Part shown: piece after piece, positions 1 to 9,251 of the stretch | Layout of the letters: each line of letters starts with the position of its first letter | Numbering within the stretch: the first letter of the stretch is position 1 | From: an uncultured virus (IMG/VR IMGVR_UViG_3300006930_000006) | Lineage: Duplodnaviria; Heunggongvirae; Uroviricota; Caudoviricetes | IMG/VR virus record: IMGVR_UViG_3300006930_000006 | Reading direction: 5' to 3' (one strand) | Length of the DNA: 64,000 nt | The notes under the pieces: model-generated | What the model saw: only the letters and a program-made list of their open reading frames with translations | The model's database searches: none | Told to the model about the DNA's origin: nothing | Translations under genes and position numbers: made by a program

Positions 1-45
1 CCCGGAAAATCGATAAACGAAATTGTGGTAGCTACAAACATATCT

Positions 46-846
46 TTAAAAGATCTGCCAAGGTGAATCTGATACGAACCAGCCAGAAGGTTGTCCTTCC
101 ATCTTTTGCTCTAGTGATTTTGTAAGTAACCATTTTGGAAAGGTATAGACATCACCGGTATTACCACCAGACATAGATTTCGGTAAGAAGATTCTAACTC
201 TTTTACGTAGACTTGAAGCCCAACTGACTTCTATATCATAACCAACAGCTTTATCATTTTCCCAGACTATTTTAGCTGGTAACATTTTCTTATTATCTGC
301 TGAGACTTCTTCTTTTGATTTAACTGGTAAAGCATTGTCAAATACTTTTTGAGAAACTGTATTATTCTTTATCCATTTTGTTTGTACCCAGAATCTTTTA
401 CCTTTGGCTACAACTAAAGTTGCCTTATCCGTAGTATGCTCAACTTTATCTATCTTAACAGCGTTCTTATTATAGTCATTGATTGCATTAGTAACTTTGG
501 TACTTTGTGTATTTAAGAAAGTTAATAATTCTTTTAGAACTGATAAAACAGATACTTTAAGATTAGAATCTACTGGAGCACTAATATCTTTGTTGATACT
601 GTCTATAGTCTTATTAGTTAAGTTGATAACAACCTTTAAGTCAGATGCAACTTTACCGCTGCTGACGTCAGAAGGATCTAGGCTATTAATACTTTTCTGT
701 ATATTTGGTAGAAACTTGGCAATAAATCTAAAATAATCTGAAGCTAGTATCTTGCTATTAGAAAACTCTTTACCTTTAATGGTAGTGTCTATCTTCTGTA
801 ATATACCAGATACACTATCTTCTTTTAATACTCTTACTTTATACAT
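46..846 (-). CDS. Putative virion internal (head) protein with capsid-targeting-like leader
   Basis: N-terminus MYKVRVLKED is shared with other late ORFs; TATAAATA lies just upstream at 867-874. Confidence 0.5.
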   Translation of the reverse strand: MYKVRVLKEDSVSGILQKIDTTIKGKEFSNSKILASDYFRFIAKFLPNIQKSINSLDPSDVSSGKVASDLKVVINLTNKTIDSINKDISAPVDSNLKVSVLSVLKELLTFLNTQSTKVTNAINDYNKNAVKIDKVEHTTDKATLVVAKGKRFWVQTKWIKNNTVSQKVFDNALPVKSKEEVSADNKKMLPAKIVWENDKAVGYDIEVSWASSLRKRVRIFLPKSMSGGNTGDVYTFPKWLLTKSLEQKMEGQPSGWFVSDSPWQIF

Positions 847-866
847 TGTAAATACCTCTTTCTAAG

Positions 867-874
867 TATTTATA
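867..874 (-). promoter_or_regulatory. T4-type late promoter (gp55)
   Basis: Exact TATAAATA on minus strand, intergenic, about 20 nt upstream of ATG 846. Confidence 0.75.
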
Positions 875-878
875 AAAC

Positions 879-964
879 TGGTGGGAGAGGGTAGATTCGA
901 ACTACCGAAGTCCGAAGACGACAGATTTACAGTCTGTTGCATTTAACCGCTCTGCAACTCTCCC
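879..964 (-). tRNA. tRNA-Tyr(GTA)
   Basis: Reverse complement folds as a cloverleaf: GGGAGAG acceptor, ACAGA-CTGTAAA-TCTGT anticodon arm, long variable arm, GTTCGAATC T-loop, encoded CCA. Confidence 0.95.
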
Positions 965-971
965 TTGATAT

Positions 972-1451
972 CTAAGCAACTTTTGGTAAAGGACCGGTTA
1001 CCGGAGTATACTTAATATTCTCTTTTTTAGCATTATAGATTTGTCCTTCAAACATCGGTATTGGTATATTATGAGTCTCACCTGGTTTATATGCTAAAAT
1101 CGTGAAGGTGTCAATATAATTATGCACTGCTATATGAAGTTCCTTTGGTAGTAATATAAGATTACGAAACTCATTTGAGCCGCCACCGTGGATTGGGATC
1201 TTGTGATGGCAAGACCAAGATTCCGGACTTCTACCTGTTAATGCCATTAGTTTCATTTGCTCAGTAGATATACCAGCATCTATTAGTTCCTGTGTATGAT
1301 TATATACCAGATGCAAGATAAATCTAAAACGAACGAAGTTCTTATAGTGATTTCGTTTGGTTTTGCGCTCTTCTTCGGTTGCTACTGTATAATCAACAAA
1401 CTTTAAAGAAGAGTAAAAATTAAAACCATCAATATCTTCCCAGACCGACAT
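972..1451 (-). CDS. HNH endonuclease-family protein
   Basis: HHKIPIHGGGSNEFRNLILL...H...H beta-beta-alpha-metal motif. Confidence 0.8.
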   Translation of the reverse strand: MSVWEDIDGFNFYSSLKFVDYTVATEEERKTKRNHYKNFVRFRFILHLVYNHTQELIDAGISTEQMKLMALTGRSPESWSCHHKIPIHGGGSNEFRNLILLPKELHIAVHNYIDTFTILAYKPGETHNIPIPMFEGQIYNAKKENIKYTPVTGPLPKVA

Positions 1452-1912
1452 TATTTAACACCAGTAGATCCAAAACCACCGTTTCTATCTGTAGAACTAA
1501 GATCTTCTACCAATTCAAAGTTAACTGGTTTATATGATAAAATTACCATCTGTGCTATACGCATACCTTTTTCTACTTTGAAAGTCTCTGTACTACTGTT
1601 AAAAAGAATAATTCCGAGGGATCCACGGTAGTCGGAGTCCAATAATCCCGGCGAGTTCAGCACCGTAATACCATTTTTCAAAGCAAGACCAGATCTTGGT
1701 GTAATAAAAGCTAATAGATTTTCTGTACCAGCTGATAGATCTATAGCTATACCAGTATCAATTAGTTTTCGTTCCCAAGGTAAAATCAATGTATCATCGT
1801 GAGAATAAAGATCCAGACCAGCAGCACCACTGGTTCCATAAGTTGGGATCTGACTATCTTCGTATAGTTTCTTAACTTTTACTGGATAGACTTCATAGCA
1901 TTTATTTTCCAT
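1451..1912 (-). CDS. dut: dUTPase (trimeric)
   Basis: AGLDL, PRSGLA, GLLDSDYRG, RIAQ, RNGGFGSTG motifs. Confidence 0.97.
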   Translation of the reverse strand: MENKCYEVYPVKVKKLYEDSQIPTYGTSGAAGLDLYSHDDTLILPWERKLIDTGIAIDLSAGTENLLAFITPRSGLALKNGITVLNSPGLLDSDYRGSLGIILFNSSTETFKVEKGMRIAQMVILSYKPVNFELVEDLSSTDRNGGFGSTGVK

Positions 1913-2180
1913 TTAGTATCTCCTCTATGGCTTCTGTAATAGATTTTCTATTTACACCGTTATCTAATCGTTTAATTTCAACATCATTATTTATGAAGAT
2001 TAAAGTCGGCAGTGTTTTTACTTTATATAGGTCTACCATACTAGCCTTACTGGTATCCTCTATATCAATATATTCTATCTCAATAGATGGATACTTTTCT
2101 TTAATACCATCCAGAATCTTCATCTTTTCTATCATAACGCATTGACTACACCAGTCAGCACCAAACCTAAGTATTTTCAT
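1902..2180 (-). CDS. Thioredoxin-like protein
   Basis: FGADWCSQC CxxC motif and LPTLIF cis-Pro motif. Confidence 0.85.
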   Translation of the reverse strand: MKILRFGADWCSQCVMIEKMKILDGIKEKYPSIEIEYIDIEDTSKASMVDLYKVKTLPTLIFINNDVEIKRLDNGVNRKSITEAIEEILNGK

Positions 2181-2437
2181 AGTAACTCCTTTTCTACTAA
2201 TTCCAATAACCTTTCCATACTAGCTGCATAGAAAAACCAATGATTGTTCCACTCCGTATCCCAGACACCTAGTTCATATAAACTATTGTTTTTAATACAC
2301 AATTCTTTTTCTCTTGGATCTAAGTCTATTCCAGTTGATTTGATGTATTCTTCTAAGTCATCTGGTCTATGGGTATTATAATGTAGAGTATAGCTATATT
2401 CTTTTGGTATAATCTCATATAGTTCCATTTTATACCT

Positions 2438-2983
2438 CTAAAACCATTTCCATACAATTAATAATAAAGAAGCAAATATCATAGAAGCAACTATAGATCC
2501 AAAGAATACTGCATCTTTAAGCTTTTCATTAGCCTTGCATTCTTCTTCATATAAATTATTAATAATTCCGTGTCCATACTCACTTATTTGATATTTACTA
2601 ATAAGATTTTTATATTCTCTTTCTTTTTCTTCAAAGATAGCTTGTAGGTGTGCTTTGTCTTTTTGTAATTCACTAAAAGCAACTTTGGCAAAGTCTAATC
2701 TGTCATCTTTCTTAATACCAGTAATAACTTCAAGAGGATCTCTATCATAGGAACGAAGAATCTCATAATGCTTATTACCTGGTATACAATTATCTGTCAT
2801 AATTAATACTTGTGCTAAGTTATGTAATAATATATTCTTTTTATTTTCATACTGCTCTTTTTCTTCTTTTAGTCTAGCACTATACCGTTCGCAGATACCA
2901 GTCATAGAATTATTTAGCATTTTATATTTATCTTCCAATAACTTATATGCTTTTACGAGGTTATCTTCTGTTTGTTTAACCAT
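2438..2983 (-). CDS. Coiled-coil protein with C-terminal transmembrane anchor (paralogue of 26730..27314)
   Basis: Heptad-rich body, hydrophobic C-terminal helix ending VWKWF. Confidence 0.45.
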   Translation of the reverse strand: MVKQTEDNLVKAYKLLEDKYKMLNNSMTGICERYSARLKEEKEQYENKKNILLHNLAQVLIMTDNCIPGNKHYEILRSYDRDPLEVITGIKKDDRLDFAKVAFSELQKDKAHLQAIFEEKEREYKNLISKYQISEYGHGIINNLYEEECKANEKLKDAVFFGSIVASMIFASLLLIVWKWF

Positions 2984-3203
2984 TGTTTTATCCTTTCATA
3001 TTTTCTAGTTGTTGTTTAATGAGTTCTCTAGTTTTCTTTGGATCCATACCTTTATTAAGTTTCATAACTTCACCCATTAGATAGTTTATAAACTTGTTAT
3101 CGTGGTTATCTAATTGTTTCTTAAAGTCTGGTAGCATTCCATCTATTAGTTCTTGTTCTAACATTTTTATCCTTTCGTTAGGAAAAACACAATAGTTTCA
3201 CAT

Positions 3204-3695
3204 TTATTCATTAGGAAAAACACAAAACCAGTCTGGCTTCCCCCGTTTCGTCCAATCTGCTAGATGTGCTTTACCAAACTTATAATAGTTCCGATAAGCC
3301 ACCACAGGATCCGAATTCTTATACTCCTCTGGCATAGCTTGTGCTGGACTAGTAAATCCTATACAACTAATGTTCCGTGGAGTCAACTTTAATTTATCAT
3401 TTAATTTAGTATAGGTAAGATGCTCTTTACCATATCTGTAAGTGTATTCTTTACATAACTCTACGAATAGTCTATAAGTCCAGTCATAGTTTTCTTTTGA
3501 TTGTCTTACCCAGATAGCACACGGATGGTTCTTGTGTGTAGTTTTATAAAGATCCGTTGTTCCATCTAGTATATTATGCGCAGTGGATAGAAGTTGTGCG
3601 GTTTCCAACACAAGTTTCACGCAATGCCGATTGTTATGATACTGAGCACACTTTACTGGATCTGTGTCTAGGTAGAATATATTCACGATTACCAA
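3204..3695 (-). CDS. Pyrimidine-dimer DNA glycosylase / endonuclease V-like protein
   Basis: NIFYLD, VKLVLETAQLLSTAH, HKNHPCAIWVR, QAMP, AYRNYY motifs. Confidence 0.85.
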   Translation of the reverse strand: MVIVNIFYLDTDPVKCAQYHNNRHCVKLVLETAQLLSTAHNILDGTTDLYKTTHKNHPCAIWVRQSKENYDWTYRLFVELCKEYTYRYGKEHLTYTKLNDKLKLTPRNISCIGFTSPAQAMPEEYKNSDPVVAYRNYYKFGKAHLADWTKRGKPDWFCVFPNE

Positions 3696-4254
3696 GCTTT
3701 CGGATATGGGTATCTCTTGTTTCTACTATTCATAAAAGCAGATCTATCATAAGTTAGAACTGTTTCATTGGTTAGGTTCTTTACAACTTCTAATGATTTG
3801 AAAATACCATTATAAGAAAAGTCCTTCCAGCATTTATCAATCAATGGTAATAAGTCTGGGAATTGTATAGTATTGCTTAGTAATACAGAAGTTAGTTCTG
3901 GTCTTAGCATAATAACATAGATGAGACCATCTCTACGGTCATCATTTTTGAAAGCTTCTGAGTCACCGAATAGAATCTTTAGATAGTTCTGGTGTTTTTT
4001 GGTAACTTCTGATTTTTCTTTGTCAAACTTCTTTAGATTATCAACTACAGTATTAAAGTAAGCATCGTTCTTACCAATAACTACTGAGCAATATGCTAGA
4101 ATCTCAAGACGTTTATTAGGATGTCGTTCAATAAGCTTCTCTACAAATTCCGTGGTATTGTTAACCACGTAAGTAATCTCGTTCATAATATAGTCCTCCG
4201 TTCAAATTAAACCTAGTGGATACCTTTAACAGATATCCACCAGAAAGTCAAGTT

Positions 4255-4665
4255 TTATTTAATTGTTAGTTTAACCGGTTTCATCTCTTTTGGTAAAACA
4301 CGATCCACTTTAATTGTAAGAATACCATCAATCAATGTAATATCCTTAACTTCTATGAAAGCATCCAATACAAAAGTTCGTTCAAAATCACGCATAGCTA
4401 ATTCACGTAAACTATAAACGATATCATCTGGGGTACCATCTGTACCATTGCCGTAGACTACCAATTTTGTTTTGGAAGTACCGGGGATTGGTTCTTTTGA
4501 GATATGTATATCTTCTTTACTAAAACCAGCAACTGCGATTTCAATAAATCCACCGACAACTTTACCGTCTTCTTGAATAGTTGCGATATTAGTTGGGGGA
4601 TACTTTGCTGTTTGCCCTGGATAGTTTTGGCATAATGTTGATAAAAATAAGTCTTCTAATTGCAT
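4255..4665 (-). CDS. hsp20: Small heat shock protein (Hsp20/IbpA-like)
   Basis: YPPTNI, IEIAVAGF, LAMRDFERTF, DGILTI alpha-crystallin motifs. Confidence 0.92.
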   Translation of the reverse strand: MQLEDLFLSTLCQNYPGQTAKYPPTNIATIQEDGKVVGGFIEIAVAGFSKEDIHISKEPIPGTSKTKLVVYGNGTDGTPDDIVYSLRELAMRDFERTFVLDAFIEVKDITLIDGILTIKVDRVLPKEMKPVKLTIK

Positions 4666-4668
4666 TTT

Positions 4669-4790
4669 TAACTCCTTTATTAAGCAAGTTTATGTTATTG
4701 TAGACCCACTATGGCATCTACTTCTTTAGGGATAGGTCCCAATACTGGGACCTCCCCAAGGCGTCCGAATTGTCAGAAGCCTAATTGTAA
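4669..4790 (-). promoter_or_regulatory. ROSE-like RNA thermometer in the hsp20 5' leader
   Basis: AACUUGCUU-AAUA-AAGGAGUU hairpin sequesters the SD with a bulged G; two upstream hairpins at 4700-4721 and 4734-4753. Confidence 0.75.
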
Positions 4791-4792
4791 TT

Positions 4793-5359
4793 CTATTTAT
4801 AAAACAAATGGTCCCCAATCTGACTAATCAAAGTATAGTCTTTAGACCATTTTGGTTTTACATAATCAGCGTGATAAAACAAAGCATTTGATTGAGATCC
4901 TGTCTTGAGCATATATTCTGCTACTTTCATACATTGTTTAATTAGTTCTGGATCCTTCATATCTTCTTTAATACCATCGCACTTATAAGAAAACTGGCAT
5001 TTATTCAGAACCATTTCCCCGTATTCATCTGTTTCCCCCTGTTTAATAACTCCACAGATAGTATTTGGAAAGTTCTTATTATTCTTTCTATTCATAATAA
5101 CTGAAGCAACTGCCATCTTACCAGCAGTACTTTGATTTCCTGCTTCATAATAGATTGCCTCGGTTAGACAAAGTAATTCAGATCTATCATACTTCGGCAT
5201 TACTACTGAAGCTTCTGCTCTATGTATGATTTTATCAGATAAATTACTAGTTAACTTTAATGATGGTGAAATCAAGTAATCGTTCACCGGTTTAATATAG
5301 CTTAGCACCGTAATAATAGCTATAAAAACAAAAATCCTCCAGAGTGTAAATAGTCTCAT
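4793..5359 (-). CDS. Cell wall hydrolase (SleB/Hydrolase_2) with N-terminal membrane anchor
   Basis: CLTEAIYYEA, VASVIMNR, FPNTICGVI, CQFSY, ALFYHADYVKPKW, IGDHLFY; late promoter at 5393-5400. Confidence 0.92.
   Translation of the reverse strand: MRLFTLWRIFVFIAIITVLSYIKPVNDYLISPSLKLTSNLSDKIIHRAEASVVMPKYDRSELLCLTEAIYYEAGNQSTAGKMAVASVIMNRKNNKNFPNTICGVIKQGETDEYGEMVLNKCQFSYKCDGIKEDMKDPELIKQCMKVAEYMLKTGSQSNALFYHADYVKPKWSKDYTLISQIGDHLFYK
4794..4801 (-). promoter_or_regulatory. T4-type late promoter for hsp20
   Basis: TATAAATA immediately 5' of the structured leader. Confidence 0.6.
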
Positions 5360-5405
5360 CGGCTATTCCTTATTCTGTTTATCCTTACAACGTATTTATA
5401 AAAAT

Positions 5406-5441
5406 ACCGGCATAGACCGAAAGGATTAAATCTATGCCGGT
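5406..5441 (-). terminator. Stem-loop, probable terminator after the GapR-like gene
   Basis: ACCGGCATAGA...TCTATGCCGGT inverted repeat followed by a T-rich run on the minus strand. Confidence 0.65.
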
Positions 5442-5446
5442 TAGTA

Positions 5447-5674
5447 TTAGATACCCAACTCTTTCAAGTAAGTATCTAATAAACTATCTAGATTCTCTCT
5501 ATCTTCTGGTTTCATAGAACGAATCTTAAGTGCTTGTTTCATAACCTTTTTATCAAATCCCTTGGATTCTGCTTCTTTGAAAATATCATTGATATCTGAG
5601 CGAATAGACTTTGCTTGTTCTGATAAAGATTCTATACGTTCAAAATATGATTTTAATAAGTTTTGGTCTTCCAT
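5447..5674 (-). CDS. gapR: GapR / DUF2312 (T4 DsbA-like) DNA-binding protein
   Basis: LKSYFERIESL..., DIFKEAESKGFDKKVMKQ, LLDTYLKELG pattern. Confidence 0.85.
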   Translation of the reverse strand: MEDQNLLKSYFERIESLSEQAKSIRSDINDIFKEAESKGFDKKVMKQALKIRSMKPEDRENLDSLLDTYLKELGI

Positions 5675-5857
5675 AATTTACTTCCCTCTGTTTAGTTTTT
5701 TCACGATAGCTTTGACCTCTTCGGACATTGCTTTACTTTCCCCCTTATAATCCTTTTCTAATGCAAAAGTCAAGAAGGTTCTTAAAATAAAATTAAGTTC
5801 CCTTAGTTCTCTTACAATATCTTGTGGATAATTTGGTTCTTCTCTAATTTCTTCCAT

Positions 5858-6691
5858 TTAATCTTCCTCTACAATCTTATAGTTACTACTATCAGACATA
5901 AGTTCTTGCATTAACATCGCATTTATTGTGTGGTTTGAATTATTAGCTGTATATTTACCTATAATCGGGTATCCAGTAATATACAAGTCTCCAAGTGCAT
6001 CTGCAACTTTATGATATAAAAGCTCTTGTATAATATCTTCATTATACTTACCAGGACTTAGAATCTTATTATTCTTAAAGTCTACTATATTGGTATTATT
6101 GGAACCAGATCCACCAAGGCATCTACCAGATTTTATTAGACTTGGTATATCATCAACATTTACGAAAGTCTTAGCATTTAGAACTGCATTATCACCAATA
6201 GTCTCGTGATATCTATGACCCATAAATGTATAATCAATAATAAATCTATGATGAGCACTTAACTTTGCCATCTGGTTATCCATATTTATGGTAACATCTT
6301 TTAAGATTATTATATATTTTGAAGGTCCCAATACATCACGTATATTCAAATCATCTTCAATATACCCACTAATAGAACCATTAAGAATTGGTATTTCGGT
6401 AACTTTATCAGTTATCTCAATGGTTATACTATCTATACCGTGAAAGTGTAAAGCACCAAGTAAATGTTCAATAGTGTTAATTCTGATATCCTTATAAGCG
6501 ATATCTAAACTACCAATGGTGTTAACTACTTTACAATCACGTATATTAAATTCTTCGTGCTCCTGTGTAGCTTCACAATGGTAATAGAAATTGATACCTT
6601 GTTCTTTACCAGTGGTTAAATATATAATGTTATGAATACCACTATGTAAGCCTTCACCATCAATAACAGAATACAGATCTTGACTTCTCAT
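5858..6691 (-). CDS. lpxC: UDP-3-O-acyl-N-acetylglucosamine deacetylase homologue
   Basis: GEGLHSG, TIEHLLGAL, EIPILNGS, AKTF, LGGS, HKVADALGDL, SNH motifs. Confidence 0.88.
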   Translation of the reverse strand: MRSQDLYSVIDGEGLHSGIHNIIYLTTGKEQGINFYYHCEATQEHEEFNIRDCKVVNTIGSLDIAYKDIRINTIEHLLGALHFHGIDSITIEITDKVTEIPILNGSISGYIEDDLNIRDVLGPSKYIIILKDVTINMDNQMAKLSAHHRFIIDYTFMGHRYHETIGDNAVLNAKTFVNVDDIPSLIKSGRCLGGSGSNNTNIVDFKNNKILSPGKYNEDIIQELLYHKVADALGDLYITGYPIIGKYTANNSNHTINAMLMQELMSDSSNYKIVEED

Positions 6692-7425
6692 TATATCCTC
6701 CCAATAGTAAGATTATGTTCTCTAATTCTTTTATTATAATCTTCAACTGCTTTGTCTTTTAGTTTTGTCTTAACTAAATCACCAACTTCAAGTTCTGAGA
6801 TTTCTTTAAGATCCGTAACTAATTTATTCAATTCATCTTTTAACGACATAGTTTTCCTCTCATTTTCTTTAATTGCTTTTACCACTAAAGACTCGTATTT
6901 CTTACAATCATCTTGCCAGTCAAATCCTAGGTCTTTCTTAAATCTCCATAAGGATCCAAGGTATAATAGATTAGTATCCAACATATTACAATCAACATCT
7001 GATTTGACAATATACTTTACTAACATATCATAATTACTATTTGGAACTGGTGTTATACTAATTCTATGGGTCTTTGTTATAATATAGTAAACTGGAGTTC
7101 CAGGTTTTGCATTGGATTCTATTAACTCACGGTATCTATACCCAGTTACTGGTCCAATTAGTTTTTTAGCATTAATTGATAACTCTAATATCTGATGAGA
7201 ATCCGTTGGCATATCATAAACATAACACTTTGGCTCTAGCTTAATAATCTTCTCTCTGATTAGTTCTACCCAGTAAGCACGTCCAGATAGTAAGGTATAT
7301 TCTCTATCAATTACACCTTTTAGTTGGGCATTGCCGGCAGAATCTAAACTCTTGATAGGGTCTCTACCAAGTTCTTTTAGAACTTTATTGGCTATTTCCA
7401 ATGATGTTTTAGTCATCGTCTTCAT
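6691..7425 (-). CDS. Podovirus-type head-tail adaptor / tail tubular protein A-like homologue with C-terminal helical extension
   Basis: LEIANKVLKELG, W, YDMPTD, GTPVYY, ITPVP, VKY, LLYLGSLWRF pattern. Confidence 0.55.
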   Translation of the reverse strand: MKTMTKTSLEIANKVLKELGRDPIKSLDSAGNAQLKGVIDREYTLLSGRAYWVELIREKIIKLEPKCYVYDMPTDSHQILELSINAKKLIGPVTGYRYRELIESNAKPGTPVYYIITKTHRISITPVPNSNYDMLVKYIVKSDVDCNMLDTNLLYLGSLWRFKKDLGFDWQDDCKKYESLVVKAIKENERKTMSLKDELNKLVTDLKEISELEVGDLVKTKLKDKAVEDYNKRIREHNLTIGRI

Positions 7426-7635
7426 CTATAACTTTTTGCAGATTACTAATCTCATTTTCTGCGTTTAGTAATTCTGTTTGTAGTGCTTTAATATCACTAC
7501 TTAAACAATACTCAATATCTTCAAAGTTAGTTCTTAAATGCTTTCTGTCATAGTCAGTTAGTTCTTGTCCATCAACAATAAACTTTCTAAGAATTCTAGC
7601 ACTTTCATCATTAATACTCATTTTAACTTTCCTTT

Positions 7636-8472
7636 CTAAAAGTTCTGTAAATCTTCCAATAGTTTAACCATACCATTTGCCATAAAATACTCCATTAGAG
7701 TAGTTCTATTGCCTTTGGCTGGTTTACCATATTCTTCCATAATAGATAAACTAATGTCCGCAGGTATGCAAGACAAATCAATAAGTTTTTGATTTCTCTT
7801 AAAGTTTGCTTCTAAGTTATTGGTTTTACACCAGTTTTCTAATTGTTCTATACTTTCAATAGAAGCAAGAAACTTTGCTGTAATGGACTTTTGACGTTCC
7901 TTTATAATGAATACATTGTCGGAACTAAGTATATTTGGAATACCATCTGAGCTATCCCCTTTGATAATATGTTCTATTAGAAAAGCTTTTGGATTATCAA
8001 TTTTAATGAATTCTGAAGTTAACGGTGCATATTGTTTTACATTAGGTCCAAGCAACTGCCCAAAGTCTTTATCATTAGAAACTATAATGTGCTTACCGAA
8101 AGTAGTAGAAAGTGTTCCAATAATATCATCACCTTCTGCGGTTTCTACTTCTATAACCTTGTACGGGGACTTTTCTTTGAGAGCCAGTTTGATACTGTCC
8201 GACACACTAAATAAATAATTCCAATCCATACCAGAATCTTCACGACTTTTTTGCCTGTTGGCTTTATAATACTCATATACGCTCTTTCTCCAGTTCTTTT
8301 TACTATCACAACAAATAACAATTTCACCATATTCTTCGGACGAAAACTTCATTTTGATATTACGGATAGTATTAAAAACTATATGTGGTATCAAGTCTGG
8401 AGTGATTTCCGGTGTTCTGGCTGTAGCATAAGCTGTGCTATGAAATATCTGACTATAATCTACTAAAATCAT
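7636..8472 (-). CDS. rnh: T4-type RNase H (5'-3' flap exonuclease)
   Basis: ILVDYSQI, NWRK..Y.YYKANR, EGDDIIG, SNDKDF.QL, GDSSDGIPN, RNQKLIDL. Confidence 0.95.
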   Translation of the reverse strand: MILVDYSQIFHSTAYATARTPEITPDLIPHIVFNTIRNIKMKFSSEEYGEIVICCDSKKNWRKSVYEYYKANRQKSREDSGMDWNYLFSVSDSIKLALKEKSPYKVIEVETAEGDDIIGTLSTTFGKHIIVSNDKDFGQLLGPNVKQYAPLTSEFIKIDNPKAFLIEHIIKGDSSDGIPNILSSDNVFIIKERQKSITAKFLASIESIEQLENWCKTNNLEANFKRNQKLIDLSCIPADISLSIMEEYGKPAKGNRTTLMEYFMANGMVKLLEDLQNF

Positions 8473-8813
8473 TGATGGTTTCCTTTTTGTTTAATAGGGA
8501 CCAGTATCACTACCGGTCCCCGACTCAGGAGGGAGCCTGAATTAGTTTCTTTCTCTCTTAAAATCTTTTTTAATAAATTCCTGAATTGTATATACTGAAA
8601 AGTATAATGTATCAGGAACCACTTTATTGGATAATGTAATCCAATAACTATCTTGGTATATGTTATAGTTGATAACTACATATTCCATATTAGTTTTTCT
8701 TAAACGATTAAAGAACTTAGTTGGCATCTTGTTCAATATAAGATTTAGATGTTCTTTATTCTTAATTTCTGTTCTTGTTGTCATTGTAGTCTCCCTCTTT
8801 GTTGTTATGATAT

Positions 8814-8843
8814 GAATATAACATACTAAGAAAGAAAAGTCAA
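8814..8843 (-). promoter_or_regulatory. Sigma70-like early promoter
   Basis: TTGACT-17 bp-TATATT with TG extension. The same architecture recurs on the minus strand near 12280-12309, 22508-22536, 33336-33364, 33893-33921, 38817-38844 and 54211-54239, and on the plus strand at 57704 and 60259. Confidence 0.7.
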
Positions 8844-8846
8844 CTA

Positions 8847-9251
8847 TTATTTTAATAAATCTGCAAAACCTAACTTAGTGTTTGAATCTGCAAAGTAATC
8901 TAATGGCTGTCTAATAACTTGCTTACCATATTTCTTAGCAATTTCAGTTTCTCTTCTTACACCGTTAGACTTTTCCCAACCATCAAGAGTCACCAATAAG
9001 ACAAAATCACAATGTTTAATCATATAATCTTCATTGGCAGACCACACTTCCGGATTATCAAGCAACTTCTGCTTATCTTCTGGTAATGAGTTCTGTATAT
9101 AGCATCCCATTGCGATTGGACAATAGACTGGAAACTTATTGAGTAATAATACACTAGCAACTTTTGCAACGGCGGTCGCATTCTTTTGTCTAATTGCTGG
9201 ATCTTCGTTCCAGTAAGGACTTGCCAAGTATATGTAAGATTCTGTTAGCAT
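8847..9251 (-). CDS. DUF1937 / nucleoside 2-deoxyribosyltransferase-fold protein
   Basis: YLASPY, GWEKSNGVRRE.EIA motifs. Confidence 0.7.
   Translation of the reverse strand: MLTESYIYLASPYWNEDPAIRQKNATAVAKVASVLLLNKFPVYCPIAMGCYIQNSLPEDKQKLLDNPEVWSANEDYMIKHCDFVLLVTLDGWEKSNGVRRETEIAKKYGKQVIRQPLDYFADSNTKLGFADLLK

Noticed and set aside
3178..3225. 15-bp direct repeat TTAGGAAAAACACAA
   Set aside because: Only two copies at a gene end; most likely a small local duplication
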